From a virus (taxonomy: Duplodnaviria > Heunggongvirae > Uroviricota > Caudoviricetes), in the IMG/VR virus record IMGVR_UViG_2690316263_000015, positions 1 through 32,035 of that record: 32,035 nt of DNA; one strand, 5' to 3'. Numbering within the stretch: position 1 is the first letter of the stretch; each line of letters opens with the position of its first letter. The position numbers and the translations under genes were made by a program. Of the stretch, positions 1-7,630 are shown piece after piece. The notes below the pieces were generated by a model. The model searched no databases. It saw nothing but the letters and a program-made list of their open reading frames with translations, and had not been told where the DNA came from.

Positions 1-558
1 GGTTTTCACCCGTCAGAATCTGGCGGGGATCCGTCAGTAAAATCAAAACATGATCCGTCAGATAAAAAACCTTCTCGTCCGGACGCTTCGCAACCGGACA
101 CGCAGACGGCTGAACAGGATTTTTTAACTCGCCATCCTGATGCGGTTGTATTCAGCCCTAAAAAGCGCCAGTGGGGAACGCAGGATGATTTGACCTGCGC
201 ACAGTGGCTCTGGAAAAAAATCATTGCCCTGTACGAGCAGGCCGCCGAATGTGACGGCGAGGTGGTTCGTCCCAAAGAACCGAACTGGACAGCATGGGCA
301 AACGAAATTCGCCTGATGTGTGTGCAGGATGGTCGTACTCACAAACAAATCTGCGAGATGTACAGCCGCGTCAGCCGCGATCCGTTCTGGTGCCGTAACG
401 TGCTCAGCCCGTCGAAGTTGCGGGAAAAATGGGATGAGCTTTCCCTGCGCTTATCGCCGTCCGTCAGCACGCACACAGAAAAACGTGAAGACCCGTACTT
501 CAAAGCCAGTTACGACAACGTGGACTACAGCCAGATCCCGGCAGGATTCAGGGGGTGA
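1..558 (+). CDS. phage early-region protein, 5'-truncated at window edge; function unresolved (possibly replication-associated)
   Basis: Frame 1 is open from nt 1 with no stop until TGA 556-558, so the gene starts upstream of the window. Lies upstream of ninR-type genes. Family not recognised with certainty. Confidence 0.5.
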   Translation, partial: GFHPSESGGDPSVKSKHDPSDKKPSRPDASQPDTQTAEQDFLTRHPDAVVFSPKKRQWGTQDDLTCAQWLWKKIIALYEQAAECDGEVVRPKEPNWTAWANEIRLMCVQDGRTHKQICEMYSRVSRDPFWCRNVLSPSKLREKWDELSLRLSPSVSTHTEKREDPYFKASYDNVDYSQIPAGFRG

Positions 559-560
559 TC

Positions 561-1049
561 ATGAGTCTTTTGAATGACGTTCAGAAATTCATTGAAGCCC
601 ATCCGGGCTGTACTTCCGGAGACATTGCAGATGCTTTTGCTGGTTACTCACGGCAGCGCGTTCTGCAGTCAGCAAGCAAGTTACGTCAGAGTGGGCGTGT
701 GGCTCACCGTTGTGAAGGAGATACACGCAGACATTTCCCGCGCCTGACTGAGAGAGCGCAGGAGCCGGAACCACAATCTGTTCGTGAAACCAGACCTGTG
801 CGCAATTTCTATGTCGGCACTAACGATCCCCGGGTGATTTTGTGCCTGACCCGCCAGGCTGAAGAGCTGGAGTCCAGGGGCTTATACCGTCGTGCTGCAA
901 CGGTGTGGATGGCGGCATTCCGTGAAAGTCACTCCCAGCCAGAACGAAACAACTTTCTGGCGCGTCGAGAGCGGTGCTTACGGAAAAGCAGCAAGCGCGC
1001 TGTATCGGGTGATGAATGGTATCTGTCAGGGAATTACGTGGGGGCTTAA
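561..1049 (+). CDS. PerC-like transcriptional activator family protein
   Basis: ATG 561 preceded by GGGGG (551-555); the ORF-track GTG 555 start is less likely. C-terminal segment AEELESRGLYRRAATVWMAAF recalls the PerC-family signature; the N-terminal part looks like a small DNA-binding domain. Confidence 0.45.
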   Translation: MSLLNDVQKFIEAHPGCTSGDIADAFAGYSRQRVLQSASKLRQSGRVAHRCEGDTRRHFPRLTERAQEPEPQSVRETRPVRNFYVGTNDPRVILCLTRQAEELESRGLYRRAATVWMAAFRESHSQPERNNFLARRERCLRKSSKRAVSGDEWYLSGNYVGA

Positions 1050-1375
1050 TGACGACGTTAACTCAGTGTCAGCAGCAGGTGCTGGATATGCTGATTTCTT
1101 ATCAGAAAGAACGTGGCTTCCCGCCAACCAATCAGGAGGTGGCAACCATGCTGGGATACCGTTCAGTGAATGCAGCGGTGGAGCATCTTCGCGCACTGGA
1201 GAAAAAAGGCGTCATCACGATAAAGCGTGGCGTGGCCCGGGGCATCACGCTTCATACCGCGGTGAAGGACGACGACAGCGAGGCGGTCGGGATTATCCGC
1301 TCACTGCTTGCCGGTGAGGAAAACGCAAGGCTGCGTGCAACCCACTGGTTACATGAGAGGGGCCTGAAAGTATGA
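1049..1375 (+). CDS. LexA-type N-terminal DNA-binding domain protein (no peptidase domain)
   Basis: ATG 1049 overlaps the upstream stop (TAATG). LTQCQQQVLDMLISYQKERGFPPTNQEVATMLGYRSVNAAVEHLRALEKKGVI parallels the LexA winged-helix DNA-binding domain; protein ends after about 109 aa without the Ser/Lys autopeptidase domain. Confidence 0.6.
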   Translation: MTTLTQCQQQVLDMLISYQKERGFPPTNQEVATMLGYRSVNAAVEHLRALEKKGVITIKRGVARGITLHTAVKDDDSEAVGIIRSLLAGEENARLRATHWLHERGLKV

Positions 1376-1761
1376 AGCTGATCCTGCCTTTTCCGCCCAG
1401 CGTGAACACGTACTGGCGACACCCCAACAAAGGGGCGTTTGCTGGTAAGAGCCTGATAAGCGCGGCGGGGCGAAAATTCCAGAGCGCGGCGTGCGCAGCA
1501 ATAGTTGAGCAGTTACGTCGTCTGCCGAAACCAACGTCGGCACCTGCTTCAGTAGAGATTGTGTTGTTTCCTCCGGATAACAGGATCCGCGATCTGGACA
1601 ACTATAACAAGGCGCTGTTTGACGTTCTGACCCACGCGGGTGTGTGGGAAGACGACAGCCAGGTGAAAAGAATGCTGGTGGAGTGGGGACCGGTTATCCC
1701 GGAAGGGAAGGTCGAGATCACTATCAGTAAGTACGAGAAAACGGCGGGTGCAGACGCCTGA
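1372..1761 (+). CDS. rusA: RusA-family Holliday junction resolvase
   Basis: 129 aa; LPFPPSVNTYWRH ... RIRDLDNYNKALFDVLTHAGVWEDDSQV matches the RusA pattern including the catalytic acidic cluster; typical ninR-region position. Confidence 0.85.
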   Translation: MKLILPFPPSVNTYWRHPNKGAFAGKSLISAAGRKFQSAACAAIVEQLRRLPKPTSAPASVEIVLFPPDNRIRDLDNYNKALFDVLTHAGVWEDDSQVKRMLVEWGPVIPEGKVEITISKYEKTAGADA

Positions 1762-1780
1762 GCAAAAGGAGAAACGAAGT

Positions 1781-2590
1781 ATGAATAATCTGATGGTCAT
1801 TGATGGTATTGAAGTTCGTCGTGATGCTTATGGGCGTTACAGCCTGAACGATCTGCATCGTGCAGCAGTAGCATCTGGTGCAAATGCCAGAACCAAGGAG
1901 CCAGGAAAGTTTCTTTCCAGCCAACAAACTGTTGAACTTGTTCATGAATTGACCAACACCCAGAATTTGGGTGTTGACCCGGTGAGTGTGATTCATGGGG
2001 GAAATGAACGGGGAACTTATGTCTGCAAGGAACTGGTGTATGCCTATGCAATGTGGATCAGCCCGTCATTCCATCTGAAGGTGATCCGTACTTTCGATAT
2101 GGTAACCAGCGCACCGGAAAAATTATCCGGGCAGGCTGCTGACAAGATGCAGGCTGGAGTGATTCTGCTGGACTTTATGCGCCGGGAGTTAAATCTGTCT
2201 AACTCATCAGTGCTTGGTGCCTGTCAGAAACTTCAGGAGGCTGTTGGCTTACCGAATCTGGCACCGCGCTATGCCATTGATGCTCCTGCTGATGCACACG
2301 ATGGCTCAAGTCGCCCGACACTGTCACTGAGTGCACTGCTGAAACAGTATGGTATCCGCCTGACGGCTAATCAGGCATATCACCAGATGGTGAAGCTGGG
2401 GATCGTCGAGCAGCGTGAACGATACAGCCGTACCGCGATTAACAACATCAAAAAATTCTGGTCGCTGACAGCGAAAGGTTGCATGTTCGGCAAGAACATC
2501 ACCAGTCCCGCAAATCCGCGCGAGACGCAGCCGCATTTCTTCGAATCCCGATTCCCTGAGCTGTTAAAGCTGCTCGATACCGTTCATTGA
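1781..2590 (+). CDS. KilA-N domain protein (antirepressor-like)
   Basis: ATG 1781 preceded by AAGGAG. N-terminal MNNLMVIDGIEVR ... GTYVCKELVYAYAMWISPSFHLKVI is a KilA-N DNA-binding domain signature. Confidence 0.65.
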   Translation: MNNLMVIDGIEVRRDAYGRYSLNDLHRAAVASGANARTKEPGKFLSSQQTVELVHELTNTQNLGVDPVSVIHGGNERGTYVCKELVYAYAMWISPSFHLKVIRTFDMVTSAPEKLSGQAADKMQAGVILLDFMRRELNLSNSSVLGACQKLQEAVGLPNLAPRYAIDAPADAHDGSSRPTLSLSALLKQYGIRLTANQAYHQMVKLGIVEQRERYSRTAINNIKKFWSLTAKGCMFGKNITSPANPRETQPHFFESRFPELLKLLDTVH

Positions 2591-2591
2591 G

Positions 2592-3587
2592 GTGACCGTG
2601 AGAGCACTACTGACCCCTGAAATTGCCCCGCGTATGGGGATCGTATTGTTCAGGCCAGGTTCAGAGCTGATGCCCCTGTTTATGCAGGGGCGTGTCCTGC
2701 TGGAGCCTGAGCCGGAACGTTACTCATCTTTCGCCAGTGGTGCCGTTCCGGCGGCATCACAACCGCTGGCGGATGATCCTGCCGTTCGGGCCGTGTTCCG
2801 CAATGAGGCAGTGATCCGTCGTGCTGGTGGCGTGGAATGTCTTGAAAGCTGGTTACTTCGTGAAAAAGGCTGCCAGTGGCCTCATTCCGACTGGCACAGC
2901 GAGAACATGACCACAATGCGACACGCTCCGGGCGCAATCCGTCTGTGCTGGCACTGCGATAACCAGCTGCGCGATCAGTTCACGGAACGGCTGGAATCAA
3001 TGGCAACGGATAACTGTGCCCGCTGGGTGTTGTCTGTTGTGCGTCGGGATCTCGGTTTTGATGACAGTCACGTTGTGACAATGCCGGAACTGTGCTGGTG
3101 GCTGATTCGTAATGATCTGGCGGATGCCTTACCGGAAAGTGCAGCCCGTAAGGCACTGAGATTACCGAAGCCTGTTGTGCCATCTGTCACCCGGGAAAGT
3201 GACCTTGTGCCTTCGGTTCCTGCCACCAGCATCATCCAGGATAAAGCAAAAAAGGTGCTGGCGCTGAAAGTGGATCCGGAGTCGCCGGAGTCTTTTATGT
3301 TACGCCCAAAACGTCGCCGCTGGGTTAATGAAAAGTACACGCGCTGGGTTAAGACACAGCCGTGTGCATGTTGTGGAAAGCCCGCTGATGATCCCCACCA
3401 CCTGATAGGTCACGGTCAGGGTGGAATGGGAACAAAAGCGCATGACCTCTTTGTGTTGCCTTTGTGCAGAAAGCATCACGACGAGCTGCATGCGGATACC
3501 GTGGCATTTGAAGAGAAGTATGGCTCCCAGCTGGAGCTGATATTTCGTTTTATCGATCGTGCGCTGGCAATAGGCGTACTGGCGTAA
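2592..3587 (+). CDS. DUF968 (YdfU-like) protein with C-terminal Cys/His metal-binding motif
   Basis: 331-aa ORF; C-terminus CACCGKPADDPHHLIGHG ... LCRKHHDELH resembles DUF968 proteins found upstream of Q in lambdoid prophages. Start ambiguous (GTG 2592 or GTG 2598 after GAGGTG). Confidence 0.55.
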   Translation: MTVRALLTPEIAPRMGIVLFRPGSELMPLFMQGRVLLEPEPERYSSFASGAVPAASQPLADDPAVRAVFRNEAVIRRAGGVECLESWLLREKGCQWPHSDWHSENMTTMRHAPGAIRLCWHCDNQLRDQFTERLESMATDNCARWVLSVVRRDLGFDDSHVVTMPELCWWLIRNDLADALPESAARKALRLPKPVVPSVTRESDLVPSVPATSIIQDKAKKVLALKVDPESPESFMLRPKRRRWVNEKYTRWVKTQPCACCGKPADDPHHLIGHGQGGMGTKAHDLFVLPLCRKHHDELHADTVAFEEKYGSQLELIFRFIDRALAIGVLA

Positions 3588-3600
3588 GTGGAGAACGAGC

Positions 3601-4353
3601 ATGAACCTTGAAGCCTTACCGAAATATTACTCCCCAAAATCTCCAAAATTGAGCGATGACGCACCGACGACAGGCTCTGGTGGTTTAACAATTACGGATG
3701 TAATGGCTGCGCAGGGGATGGTGCAGTCGAAAGCACCGCTTGGGTTTGCCTTATTCCTGGCAAAAGTTGGTGTTCAGGATCCTCAATTTGCGATTGAAGG
3801 TCTGCTCAATTACGCGATGGCACTGGATAACCCGACATTGAACAAATTGAGTGAAGAAACCCGGTTACAGATCATCCCTTACCTTGTGAATTTTGCCTTT
3901 GCTGATTATTCCAGGTCTGCGGCAAGTAAGGCTCGCTGTGAGCATTGTGCTGGTACTGGATTTCATAATGTATTGCGCGAAGTGGTGAAACACTCCAGAA
4001 GCGGGGAATCTGTTATCAAGGAAGAGTGGGTGAAGGAACTATGTCAGCATTGTCATGGTAAGGGAGAAGTCAGCACAGCGTGCAGAGGGTGTAAGGGTAA
4101 AGGTATTGTCCTGGATGAAAAAAGGACCCGGCTTCATGGCACGCCTGTTTATAAGATTTGTGGGCGTTGCAATGGAAACCGGTTTAGCCGTTTACCAACC
4201 ACACTGGCGCGGCATCATGTCCAGAAGCTGGTACCAGACCTGACAGATTATCAGTGGTACAAAGGATATGCAGATGTCATTGATAAACTGGTTACAAAGT
4301 GCTGGCAGGAAGAAGCATATGCTGAGGCGCAATTAAGAAAAGTGACGAGATAA
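3601..4353 (+). CDS. antitermination protein Q-like late-gene regulator
   Basis: ATG 3601 after GGAGAA. 250 aa with paired Cys motifs (CEHCAGTG ... CQHCHGKG ... CRGCKGKG ... CGRCNG) as in Q-family antiterminators; followed by a promoter plus terminator pair. Confidence 0.7.
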   Translation: MNLEALPKYYSPKSPKLSDDAPTTGSGGLTITDVMAAQGMVQSKAPLGFALFLAKVGVQDPQFAIEGLLNYAMALDNPTLNKLSEETRLQIIPYLVNFAFADYSRSAASKARCEHCAGTGFHNVLREVVKHSRSGESVIKEEWVKELCQHCHGKGEVSTACRGCKGKGIVLDEKRTRLHGTPVYKICGRCNGNRFSRLPTTLARHHVQKLVPDLTDYQWYKGYADVIDKLVTKCWQEEAYAEAQLRKVTR

Positions 4354-4384
4354 ATGATTTTCGCCGAAGATGGCGACATAATGC

Positions 4385-4413
4385 TTGCATTTTTCAAAAA
4401 ATATGGATAAGAT
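4385..4413 (+). promoter_or_regulatory. putative Q-dependent late promoter (PR'-like)
   Basis: TTGCAT (4385-4390), 17-nt spacer, TAAGAT (4408-4413), about 30 nt downstream of the Q stop and about 45 nt upstream of an intrinsic terminator. The arrangement mimics lambda PR'/tR'. Confidence 0.35.
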
Positions 4414-4458
4414 TTTTCCAACGATGGGCTTTGTATGTCTACCGTTGATAAGATTTAA

Positions 4459-4486
4459 GAACCCGCCACTGAGCGGGTTTTTTTAT
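4459..4486 (+). terminator. intrinsic terminator (tR'-like)
   Basis: ACCCGC-cactga-GCGGGT stem-loop followed by a T7-8 run (aacccgccactgagcgggttttttta). Confidence 0.6.
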
Positions 4487-4606
4487 GCCTGAAAAACGGT
4501 ACAGGACGTTAAACGCGCTGGTGGTTGCGAATATTGGTCTTTCGGCTTGTATTTTTGTAAATCGATATATACTTATCTTGTGACCAGTAATGTCAGGGCA
4601 ATTGAT

Positions 4607-5350
4607 ATGAATGAAGCTTGTTCTGTTGTTTTTGTTCATTCCCCGTTTGTTGTGCTCTTTGAAGGAAAAGAGCTCTCTCTGGAAAGTGGTAGTGCACTTC
4701 TTGTCAGGGGGGGAGCTGGATCGTTATTGCCCTTTTCGGAATGTTTTCGGCGAATAAGTCTCAGTGAATCGACAATTATCCGTTACCTGTTGTGTGGAGA
4801 CGAAAAACAGGATGTAGTTTTAGTCCGGCAAATACCACGATATCTTTGCGTGAGTTTTCCCAAGGCAGAATTGATGGGCATCCTGATTGATTATCTTTGT
4901 GAGGAAAAGATTCATACGGACAATTTAGCGGAAATGCTTTCCTTTTCGTGTCTGGCGTTTTTCTCATCAGAGAAAATGTTTTCGTCGTTTCTGACCGCGT
5001 GTATTGGCAATATTAGTGACAGGCTTAGTGCATTGTTTCGTACGGACATTGCAGCAAACTGGACTCTGAGAGATGTGTCTTCGCGGTTATGTATCAGTGA
5101 AAGTTTGTTAAAAAAAAGACTGAAAGAAGAAGGCACCTGTTTCAGTGAGTTGTTGCTTACAGAGAGAATGAGAATGGCAGCAATGCTGTTGAATCAATCT
5201 CGTTGCGCCATCAACAGAATCGCTGCTCAGTGTGGCTATAATTTTACATCTTATTTTATCAGCGTATTCAGGAGTTATTTTGGTGTTACACCGGCAGGTT
5301 ACAGGATGGCTGCATTCAATGAGATGAGTTTAAGTGTTACTCAAGAATAA
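4607..5350 (+). CDS. AraC-family transcriptional regulator, AppY/EnvY-like (moron)
   Basis: ATG 4607. C-terminal double helix-turn-helix (WTLRDVSSRLCISESLLKKRLKEEGTCFSELLLTERMRMAAMLL ... AAQCGYNFTSYFISVFRSYFGVTPAGY); the N-terminal CSVVF motif recalls AppY. Gene is visibly AT-rich relative to neighbours and followed by its own terminator. Confidence 0.8.
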   Translation: MNEACSVVFVHSPFVVLFEGKELSLESGSALLVRGGAGSLLPFSECFRRISLSESTIIRYLLCGDEKQDVVLVRQIPRYLCVSFPKAELMGILIDYLCEEKIHTDNLAEMLSFSCLAFFSSEKMFSSFLTACIGNISDRLSALFRTDIAANWTLRDVSSRLCISESLLKKRLKEEGTCFSELLLTERMRMAAMLLNQSRCAINRIAAQCGYNFTSYFISVFRSYFGVTPAGYRMAAFNEMSLSVTQE

Positions 5351-5374
5351 TTGAATTTTGCACTCATTGAAAAC

Positions 5375-5399
5375 AGGCTCGCTGCGGCGGGCCTTTTTT
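5375..5399 (+). terminator. intrinsic terminator after the AraC-family gene
   Basis: AGGCTCGC-tgcg-GCGGGCCT hairpin followed by TTTTTTAT. Confidence 0.55.
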
Positions 5400-5537
5400 A
5401 TATCCGCGCCACGTCCGGCGCACATCAAAAAAACCACAGAGCCTTTCAGGGGTGAGCTTACGGGATGGTCAGTGTGACTTTCTCTGTGGGCTGGTCACCC
5501 CCGGGCGCAGGCTCACCCACTAAAAGGAAAAGTCACG

Positions 5538-5963
5538 ATGTTTGGTATTTTCAAAAAGAAAACCCGCAAGGCCATTACTGAAGTGAAGAAGATGGAGAAC
5601 CGCGACGCAGTGGAGGCGACCGTCTGGGGCGCGTATTCCATAGCATTCGCCGACGGCACCTGTGATGCGAAAGAAATCGCTGTACTGGAAAAAACCATTG
5701 CAGCACTTCCTGCCTTTGCGCCGTTCTCCGGTGAGATTGCACAAATGAGTGCAAATATCCGCGCCCGTTATGAAGCGTCACCTCGTAGTGCGAATGCTCA
5801 GGCTTTGCGTGAACTGGCTGATGTGGCAGGAACCGCCGAAGCGGTTGATGTGCTGTGCCTGTGTCTCGATATTGCTGACCAGGATGGCATTGGTCCGGAT
5901 GAAGAAGCGCAGCTCAAGAAAATTGCTCAGGCGCTGCAGTTGCCGCTGGAGCAGTACCTGTGA
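5538..5963 (+). CDS. TerB-family (tellurite-resistance TerB-like) protein
   Basis: ATG 5538 after AAAGGAAAAG. 141 aa; the fold pattern (VWGAYSIAFADGTCDAKEIAVLEK ... VLCLCLDIADQDGIGPDEEAQLKKIAQALQL) parallels the two DG-containing helical repeats of TerB. Confidence 0.65.
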   Translation: MFGIFKKKTRKAITEVKKMENRDAVEATVWGAYSIAFADGTCDAKEIAVLEKTIAALPAFAPFSGEIAQMSANIRARYEASPRSANAQALRELADVAGTAEAVDVLCLCLDIADQDGIGPDEEAQLKKIAQALQLPLEQYL

Positions 5964-6112
5964 AAAGTGCGCGCCTTGTGCTGGCTGCCATCCTGCTGTT
6001 TCTGGTAGTGGCGGTGGATTTCACCGGACGGCTGATGTCGGTGCTGGCAGATGGTGTGCTGGTGGCGATGGCGCTGGCCGTACTCTGGCCTTTACTGCGT
6101 AAATCTGAATAA
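5960..6112 (+). CDS. small hydrophobic protein (50 aa), hypothetical
   Basis: GTG 5960 overlaps the TerB stop (GTGA). Translation VKSARLVLAAILLFLVVAVDFTGRLMSVLADGVLVAMALAVLWPLLRKSE is almost entirely one or two transmembrane helices. Too short for the ORF track. Confidence 0.3.
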   Translation: MKSARLVLAAILLFLVVAVDFTGRLMSVLADGVLVAMALAVLWPLLRKSE

Positions 6113-6199
6113 CACCACACAAAAGGTATCTGCGGGTGCCTTTGACGGGTGTTTTTTACGGGTCGTTGGTGGCCCTTTTTTATTTACAGGAGAAAAAGT

Positions 6200-6592
6200 A
6201 TGTCTGAACCCTTGTCCGGTTCCGGTACGGCTGCGGCGCTCGGCGGGGCGACGGTATTCGGGCTGTTTACCGGAACGGATTTCGGGATTGTGTTTGGGGC
6301 GTTCGCTGGGGCGTTATTTGTGGCAACGATGCCGCAGGCGCTTTCAGCCTGGCGTGTGGCGGCGCATTTTCTGGTGTCGTTTATCGTTGGCGTGCTGGGT
6401 GCGCATGTGCTGTCAGCCTGGATTGCATCAAAAACAGGTTATGACGGTACATCGGCGGATGCACTGTGTGCGGTGCTGGTGGCGGTGGTGTCGGTGAAGA
6501 TTCTCTCGTTCATCCACCAGCAGGATATTGCATCGCTGGTGTCCGGCCTGTTCTCCCGCCTGCGGGGTGGAGGAGGCGGCAATGTTAAGTAA
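6200..6592 (+). CDS. putative holin (multi-transmembrane lysis protein)
   Basis: ATG 6200 after AGGAG (6188-6192). 130 aa with Gly/Ala-rich hydrophobic segments and a charged C-terminus; two genes upstream of the endolysin. Confidence 0.45.
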   Translation: MSEPLSGSGTAAALGGATVFGLFTGTDFGIVFGAFAGALFVATMPQALSAWRVAAHFLVSFIVGVLGAHVLSAWIASKTGYDGTSADALCAVLVAVVSVKILSFIHQQDIASLVSGLFSRLRGGGGGNVK

Positions 6593-6857
6593 CCTTCCCG
6601 GATTGCTGAATGTGGCGTTATGCACGGTTATCGTGCTGACGCTCTTTTTTTATCGTCGTCGTGATTCCAGACATAAACCGCTGATGTCATGGCTGGCCTG
6701 GTTGCTGATGCTGCTGTATGCCTTTGCGCCCCTCAGCTATCTGTGTGGTCGCCCGTTAGCAACGGGCTGGCTGGAAGTGTTTTTTAATCTGCTGTTCTGC
6801 GTGCTGGTGATACGCGCGCGCGGGAACGTCACAAAAATCTTTCCATTATTGAGGTGA
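6582..6857 (+). CDS. lysis-cassette membrane protein (holin/antiholin-like)
   Basis: ATG 6582 after GGAGGAGG, overlapping the upstream stop. 91 aa with about three hydrophobic helices (LLNVALCTVIVLTLFFY, WLAWLLMLLYAFAPL, VFFNLLFCVLVI). Stop overlaps the endolysin SD. Confidence 0.4.
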   Translation: MLSNLPGLLNVALCTVIVLTLFFYRRRDSRHKPLMSWLAWLLMLLYAFAPLSYLCGRPLATGWLEVFFNLLFCVLVIRARGNVTKIFPLLR

Positions 6858-6859
6858 AT

Positions 6860-7237
6860 ATGTCGGGTAAATTCAGATTCAGTCGTCGCAGCGAAAAGAA
6901 TCTGGAGGGCGTTAAACCACAGCTGGTTGCTGTCGTTCGCCGTGCGCTGGAGCTGACGGAGGTTGATTTCGGTATTACGGAAGGGCTGCGCACGAAAGAA
7001 CGCCAGAAACAGCTGGTCGCGGAAGGGAAAAGCCAGACCATGAACAGCCGCCACCTGACCGGTGATGCGGTGGATGTTGTTGCCTGGGTTGGCAGCCAGG
7101 TGTCATGGGACTGGCCTCTGTACGAGAAAATCGCGCAGGCATTTAAGCAGGCTGCCGCAGAGCTGGGAACAGCCATCGAATGGGGCGGGGACTGGCGGAC
7201 GCTTAAAGACGGCCCACATTTTCAATTGAAGCGATAG
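6860..7237 (+). CDS. endolysin, M15-family peptidase (L-alanyl-D-glutamate endopeptidase-like)
   Basis: ATG 6860 after GAGGTG. 125 aa; segments GLRTKERQKQLVAEGKSQTMNSRHLTGDAVDV and GGDWRTLKDGPHFQL match the VanY/M15 Zn-peptidase endolysin pattern. Confidence 0.75.
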   Translation: MSGKFRFSRRSEKNLEGVKPQLVAVVRRALELTEVDFGITEGLRTKERQKQLVAEGKSQTMNSRHLTGDAVDVVAWVGSQVSWDWPLYEKIAQAFKQAAAELGTAIEWGGDWRTLKDGPHFQLKR

Positions 7238-7253
7238 CTTGCAAAACATACAG

Positions 7254-7276
7254 GGCCGCCATGAGCGGCTTTTTTA
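7254..7276 (+). terminator. intrinsic terminator after the endolysin gene
   Basis: GCCGC-catga-GCGGC followed by TTTTTTATT. Confidence 0.5.
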
Positions 7277-7307
7277 TTGCTCAAAAAACGAAAGAACGGA
7301 GGTACGT

Positions 7308-7589
7308 ATGTACGCGCTGAAAAAAATCACGGTAACGGAAGATGGGCGCCAGGTTGAAGAAGTGCATGTTCTGGGGAATATGTATCGCCTGGAATTTTAC
7401 CCGCGCAACACTCACCTTGCTGCCCTGGTGGAGTATTGCCTGGATGGAAATGTACCATGCATTTCGGTGGAAAAAACGGATGAGGCCTACATCACTACGC
7501 TGGCGGGTGACACGGTTCGTTGTATCTGTCGCGGTGACACTAAAGCCAGGAATGAAATAGCCAGATGCCGCACCCAGGGCAGTAAATAA
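7308..7589 (+). CDS. hypothetical Cys-rich protein (93 aa)
   Basis: ATG 7308 after GGAGG. No transmembrane segment; six Cys residues. Bracketed by terminators on both sides. No family recognised. Confidence 0.4.
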   Translation: MYALKKITVTEDGRQVEEVHVLGNMYRLEFYPRNTHLAALVEYCLDGNVPCISVEKTDEAYITTLAGDTVRCICRGDTKARNEIARCRTQGSK

Positions 7590-7596
7590 AAAAACA

Positions 7597-7630
7597 AAAC
7601 CCCGGCTGCTGGAACAGTCCGGGGTTTTTA
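7597..7630 (+). terminator. intrinsic terminator
   Basis: CCCCGGCTG ... CAGTCCGGGG stem followed by TTTTTAGTTTT. Confidence 0.6.

Noticed and set aside
555-1049. ORF-track start codons at 555 (GTG), 1016, 1748, 4547 (TTG), 6149, 7239, 8025, 8527, 12070 and 14003
   Set aside because: In each case a downstream ATG or GTG with a properly spaced Shine-Dalgarno sequence, often overlapping the upstream stop codon, gives a more plausible start. Coordinates in the feature list use those starts.
4547-4575. Separate promoter for the AraC-family moron (TTGTAT ... TATACT)
   Set aside because: The best hexamer pair has only about 15-nt spacing; not convincing enough to list as a feature.
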